A program made the translations under genes and the position numbers. The notes under the pieces are model-generated. The model ran no database searches, was not told the DNA's origin, and saw nothing but the letters and a program-made list of their open reading frames with translations. From Anaerolineae bacterium (GTDB lineage Bacteria; Chloroflexota; Anaerolineae; JACIWR01): DNA of 64,000 bases. Positions 59,620-64,000 of this stretch are shown here, piece after piece; positions within the stretch are counted from its first letter, which is position 1; each line of letters starts with the position of its first letter. Location: NCBI GenBank assembly GCA_024653325.1, contig JANLFX010000001.1, positions 10,228 to 74,227 of the forward strand. The letters are read 5' to 3'.

Positions 59620-61422
59620 TTATGGGAACTCGGCCCATTTCACACTGCCAGCCTCGGTCTCCTCTGGTCTGGCGATAACCCATAATACCACCCGCCGTGC
59701 TTCAGGCGGGCTGGTGGCGTAGCGGAACATGACCCAACGCAGTTTCGCGCTGGCGGGCACGTTCCCCAGCCGCCAGGTCTCCTGGATGATAAAATCCTGT
59801 CCGGAGTACTTCTCGCCAACCACTGGTTCGCTCTCGGCCAGGGAAAGGACAACAGGGCTGACTACCGAAGGGTCGAGATGGTCAACTACACGGGCGGCAG
59901 GCCAGTCGCGCAGATACCACAACAACACCGGGCCCACCGCCTGGTCCGCCGTGATTTCCACCCCACGCGGGTCGCCGGTCTCGAAAAGCGAGGCCCGTTC
60001 CAGCGTGTCCAGCAGATCGCGCAGGCCGGTAGTGCTGGGTGTGCCGACCAGCGGCTCATGAGGGTCCTCGCTGCGCGGGAACGTTACATGCAATCCCGCT
60101 GATACGCTCACCAGGGCAAGGATTACCAGTAAAGCTAGTCCACTGGCGCGCAGGGTTGGTACAGGGCCAAACCAAAAGAGGTAGAGCCCGGTCAGAACCG
60201 CCAGTAGAACCAGGGACAACAGGCCCAGCACGAGGAAATCATATTCCCGGCCGATGGCATAGGCCGCCCACTGCAAGTAGGAGTAAACGGCTACTCCACT
60301 GGCGATGGCCAGGTACAATCCCTCTCGGTCCCAGGTGAACTCCTGGCAGGCGTTTTCCACCAGATGGCCAACAGCTACCGCCGCCAGCAGGGTCAATGGC
60401 AGCACGATCAAAAGCACGTCGCTTGCCGCACGCCCGCCAGCCAGCAGGTAGATCACCAAAGCGAGAACTGCCCACCAGGTCAAAAAGGCGAGAACCACAT
60501 CGGAGCGGCGGGCAAGGAAGAAATAGAACATACCCCCCAGGCCAAACACCAGGGCCAGCGGTTCGTAGAGGGCCAGGAGTTGCAGGTGGAAGTACCAGGG
60601 CCGGTCGCCTGCTGTCACAAAAGCCCGCAGCCACGAAGACAGGAGGTCAACCGCCTGGCCCAGCCCTGGAAAATGCAGCAGGAAGGAAGTGGATAGCAGA
60701 ACAAAACCTGCCACGAACACCACCGCCGCAGTCCTGGCTGTGGCATCCCGGCGCAGAGCCTGCCATGCATCCCGAGCCTGTGTCTTCCAGATGGTGGGAC
60801 CCCACAAGGTGATCAATGCCAGAAAACTGCCCGTCGCCAGCAAAACGGTGTATCCCCCCGGCCCGGCGGTCAGCGCCACGGCCAGGCCAGCCATCGCCAG
60901 GTAAAGGTGAGCGGGACGCCGTTCCTCCAGGTAGTTGCACAGGCCCACCATCCCGGCCAGCGCACCGGCGGCCACCGCGATCCCGCCGTCCACGAAACGG
61001 GAGAAGAAGAGAGCCGTCGGTGAGAGAGCCAGCACAACCCCGGTGATCAGCGTTCCCATGCGGCCAAGCTGTCGGCGCAGGCCCAGGGGCAAAATCACCA
61101 GCGCCAACCCGCAGAGAGCCGGCCCTAACCGGGTAGCGACCTCACTCCCGCCGAACAGGGCGAAAGCAATCACATTGAGGGTGAACAGGAGCGGGCTGGA
61201 CACAGTGCCCGTTGTGCCTTCCCCCTGCACAAAGCGCCAGGCGGCCAATGCCTGCACCGCCTCATTCTCCTGCATCAAACGCCAGCCCAGGTTGTAGGCT
61301 CGCAATACCAGGGCGACGACGAGGATCATCGCCCACAATGACACTTCCACGGTAAGCCACGAGAAGCGTTTCTCCGCTCGGCTTGCTGTTGATAATATGG
61401 ATACCGTTTCAGTCTGGATCAT
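59620..61422 (-). CDS. GT-C-fold (PMT/ArnT-like) polytopic membrane glycosyltransferase-like protein
   Basis: ATG 61420-61422 follows GGAGAG. The track GTG is at 61440. Multi-TM N-terminal half homologous to the N-terminus of the 55721-59536 protein, with a soluble C-terminal domain. Confidence 0.65.
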   Translation of the reverse strand: MIQTETVSILSTASRAEKRFSWLTVEVSLWAMILVVALVLRAYNLGWRLMQENEAVQALAAWRFVQGEGTTGTVSSPLLFTLNVIAFALFGGSEVATRLGPALCGLALVILPLGLRRQLGRMGTLITGVVLALSPTALFFSRFVDGGIAVAAGALAGMVGLCNYLEERRPAHLYLAMAGLAVALTAGPGGYTVLLATGSFLALITLWGPTIWKTQARDAWQALRRDATARTAAVVFVAGFVLLSTSFLLHFPGLGQAVDLLSSWLRAFVTAGDRPWYFHLQLLALYEPLALVFGLGGMFYFFLARRSDVVLAFLTWWAVLALVIYLLAGGRAASDVLLIVLPLTLLAAVAVGHLVENACQEFTWDREGLYLAIASGVAVYSYLQWAAYAIGREYDFLVLGLLSLVLLAVLTGLYLFWFGPVPTLRASGLALLVILALVSVSAGLHVTFPRSEDPHEPLVGTPSTTGLRDLLDTLERASLFETGDPRGVEITADQAVGPVLLWYLRDWPAARVVDHLDPSVVSPVVLSLAESEPVVGEKYSGQDFIIQETWRLGNVPASAKLRWVMFRYATSPPEARRVVLWVIARPEETEAGSVKWAEFP

Positions 61423-61467
61423 TGGCCAATCTCTCCACACAAGGCTTAGCTCGGACTCAAGCCCGGG

Positions 61468-63891
61468 TTACGGTGTATGCCGCCGGTAAATGGTCACCGC
61501 GCCCTGCTGAAATGCGACCTCCAGCAACGTGTCGAACTTCTCCAAAGACGCCGCGCTGTACTTTCCCCGTTCCAGCGGGCCGACGTAAACGTAGGTCACA
61601 TCGTATTTCTTCAGTAGTTCCAATGTACGTTGGAAATCCTGGCTGCTGTATATTTCGTCCACCTCCCGCTCACGCTGTCCCGCTTCCTCGCCGCTGCCCC
61701 GCCACTGGTATTCGTGCCCACTCCAGCCCAAAACGGCTGGCAGGCCGGTACGGCTGGAAATACGGGCGAAGGAAGTGAACGAACCGCCCACGGCTTCCAC
61801 GATGACGGGATTGCCCGCACCATGAGCGTTCAACCACTGGATGGCGGCATACTCGTCCGGTTCATAACGCCTGACATAGTCCAGACCGTCCAGGGTGGGC
61901 TGGACTTTGAAACCACCCGCTTTGCTGGGGCCGGCCGTTACCGTGTAGACCAGGCTGGCTGCCAGCAGCAGAGACCCGCCCAGCACAAAGACGTACCTGC
62001 CCCACCCGCGACGCCCTTCCAGCACATACCACGCGCCATAGGCACTGGACAGGCCCAACAGCACCCAGGCCTGATAATAGAACTTGAAGATGGTGTTCAT
62101 CCGCGTGCCAAAGGTATCGCGCAAATACACGAATTCCACCACGAAGGTCAGCAGCAGGCCAGTGCCGATCATGATCAAAACAAAGAGAACAGCAGGCGAG
62201 GGTCGCCGGTCGCCCGGTCTCTGGTTCAGGATGCGCAGCACGAGGAAAATGACCAGGGCAATCATGCCGGAGAGGAAGAGGAAGAGCCAGGGATCGGCCA
62301 GGCGAAGGGAGACCGCCTTGTTCAGCAGGCTGCCCAAAGTCTGTTCACCGAGGGCCATGCGCACCGGCTCGCTATTCAGCACACCCTGCACATATTGCCG
62401 TCCCCTTTCCGTGAGCACCAGCGGCGCAATCGAGACGAGCAATAAAGTCGGAAAAGCTGCCGCTACACCCATCCACAAAGATAATCCAACCTTCCAGCCT
62501 TCCAACCTTCCAGCTTTCCGCAACTCCCTCGCTAGCGCAAGCAGAAAACCAGCTACCACAAAGACAAACATCCCGAACATCAACAGATACTGGTGCAGGC
62601 GGGTCACGTTGAACAGGTTGGGCAACACACCCCCCGCCTGCGAGCGGAAAGTCACCCAGAAGGGCACGTACAGCAGCAGACCCAATCCGAAAAGCAGAAT
62701 CATGCAGTATACGACCTCACGAATCCAATCCGCTGATAACCTGCCCCAATGCTGATAACGGTTCACCGCATAGGCCAGCACGACCACAAACAGATAGATG
62801 GGAAAATCCCAGGTATTGAGAAAACCCAACCCGCCCAGGCAAACCGCATACAAAAGATACTCCGCCCAGCCCAGGGGGTGCTGGCGGCGCAACAGGTTAA
62901 ACGCCAGAGCCAGACTGAGCAGCACGAAGGGCAGAGCCAGGACGTGGGGATGCATATCCCCTAAGATAAAGCTGAAGAAGGGGAACTCGTCAATCACCTC
63001 CTGGCTGATGCCTGTCAGCGTCTTATCGTGGATCACGCGCGAGGCCCGCCACCACCACCAGCCGCCGCCCAGGTCGAACCAGCGCCCCGTGACCTGGCCT
63101 CTGGACACCAACTCCTTGACGTCAAGCCAGTTCCAAAAGGCCGCGGAGCCCAGTCCTTTGGAGTAGAGCGCCTCAAACAGACCCTCCAGGTTGCCGATCA
63201 GGACGACGAACACCGCCCCCAGCACCCCGTAACCGACAGCCTGCCCCTGCCTCGCCCGCCCGGTAGCGGCCACCAGATCGCTGACCACGCCGTATGAACC
63301 GGTAGCGGTCAGGGCAAAGAGCAGAGCGATACCCAGGTTGAAAGCGTAGCTGGAAGGCACGCCAGAGAGCCTGGTCAACATGGCCATGATGATGTAGCCG
63401 AAGTGATAATAGCTGATGGCGTAGCCGGACATCCACGGGTCATAGGGCGGGAAGCGCTCACTGCGCAGGATGGCGTTCAGGAAGGCGAACTCCATTGGCT
63501 TCTCGGTGGCGGCAATCTCCGGGGTATAAGCCCGGTACAGCGCCCAGCCGCCGAAGGCCACGGCGAACACCGCCTCGACGGCCAGCACCACTCGCCAGTT
63601 GGCCCGCAACCAGTCCCGCATCCCGACCTCATCGTCGGTGCCGCGCCATCGGTAGTACGCCACCGCCAGTCCGGCAACGATCAGCGCGGCGAACACGATC
63701 CCGCCCCAGGTATTGCCCAGGAAACCGCCGCTCGAAAGCAGCCAGAACACGTAACCGACCAGCAGCAACCCCAGCGCCTTGATGAAGGCATAACCCCGGT
63801 CGGGCAGATGACGCAGCAGGCGAAAGGCCAGCGGCCAGACCAGCCAGCCCAGTATCCCGACAATCAACCACCAGATGACCACGTAGATCAA
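61468..63891 (-). CDS. Large polytopic membrane protein (DUF2298/YYY-like)
   Basis: TTG 63889-63891 is preceded by GGAGGT 6 nt upstream. The track GTG at 63963 lies inside a repeat. More than 12 TM helices. Confidence 0.6.
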   Translation of the reverse strand: MIYVVIWWLIVGILGWLVWPLAFRLLRHLPDRGYAFIKALGLLLVGYVFWLLSSGGFLGNTWGGIVFAALIVAGLAVAYYRWRGTDDEVGMRDWLRANWRVVLAVEAVFAVAFGGWALYRAYTPEIAATEKPMEFAFLNAILRSERFPPYDPWMSGYAISYYHFGYIIMAMLTRLSGVPSSYAFNLGIALLFALTATGSYGVVSDLVAATGRARQGQAVGYGVLGAVFVVLIGNLEGLFEALYSKGLGSAAFWNWLDVKELVSRGQVTGRWFDLGGGWWWWRASRVIHDKTLTGISQEVIDEFPFFSFILGDMHPHVLALPFVLLSLALAFNLLRRQHPLGWAEYLLYAVCLGGLGFLNTWDFPIYLFVVVLAYAVNRYQHWGRLSADWIREVVYCMILLFGLGLLLYVPFWVTFRSQAGGVLPNLFNVTRLHQYLLMFGMFVFVVAGFLLALARELRKAGRLEGWKVGLSLWMGVAAAFPTLLLVSIAPLVLTERGRQYVQGVLNSEPVRMALGEQTLGSLLNKAVSLRLADPWLFLFLSGMIALVIFLVLRILNQRPGDRRPSPAVLFVLIMIGTGLLLTFVVEFVYLRDTFGTRMNTIFKFYYQAWVLLGLSSAYGAWYVLEGRRGWGRYVFVLGGSLLLAASLVYTVTAGPSKAGGFKVQPTLDGLDYVRRYEPDEYAAIQWLNAHGAGNPVIVEAVGGSFTSFARISSRTGLPAVLGWSGHEYQWRGSGEEAGQREREVDEIYSSQDFQRTLELLKKYDVTYVYVGPLERGKYSAASLEKFDTLLEVAFQQGAVTIYRRHTP

Positions 63892-63909
63892 CCTGTTACC
63901 TCCACTGGA

Positions 63910-63985
63910 ACGTGGTGCGTGATACGTATTGCGTGCTGCGTAGTGCGTCTCCTCACGCACCACGCAATACGTTTCACTTCACCGA
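63910..63985. repeat. GTGCGT-rich tandem/inverted repeat block (ACGTATTGCGTG ... CACGCAATACGT)
   Basis: Direct GTGCGT(G/A) repeats and a 12-bp inverted repeat at the window end. Confidence 0.6.
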
Positions 63986-64000
63986 GCTCGCGACGGCGAC

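Overview
High-GC (about 60-65%) bacterial chromosomal segment whose gene content looks Chloroflexota-like; the taxonomic guess is inference only. It carries PT-rich linkers, NHL/LysM envelope proteins and many Hdr paralogs. It is densely coding with no rRNA, tRNA or CRISPR that I could recognise. Four blocks stand out. (1) 1-18.9 kb: DNA-repair and housekeeping genes, namely an AddB-like partial gene, a SNF2/SWIM helicase, a Xer recombinase, nucleoside phosphorylases, lgt, an AddA-like helicase-nuclease and rnz. (2) 18.9-29.6 kb, minus strand: a compact RiPP-like operon of a 61-aa peptide, a GNAT and a radical SAM/SPASM enzyme with a C-terminal PqqD-like domain. Immediately upstream lie four consecutive P-loop/STAND-type NTPase genes, one with TPR repeats, one membrane-bound with a degenerate P-loop, and one with an OmpR-type winged-helix DNA-binding domain. 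(3) 31.4-52.6 kb: a large redox island. It holds a two-subunit class I fumarate hydratase behind a leader with an upstream ORF and terminator, two hdrCBA sets, a 1495-aa HdrA/GltD(NfnB)-like/HdrA fusion and a FGGY sugar kinase next to a RuBisCO-like protein. It also holds a membrane-anchor-less fumarate reductase operon, mvhD-like/FrhB-like/frdB/frdA. (4) 54.8-64 kb, minus strand: three very large membrane proteins, GT-C-like, one fused to NHL repeats and LysM. The non-coding DNA contains several repeat families. There are two palindromic intergenic element families with 2-3 copies each, many 7-8 nt tandem repeats at gene boundaries, and an in-frame copy of a repeat inside hdrA2 where the inserted ferredoxin domain is expected. 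A shared TGCGACGCAC hairpin motif recurs at terminator-like sites. Gene starts were re-derived by hand where the ORF track began at TTG or GTG. All functional calls rest on motifs I could read directly and need database confirmation.
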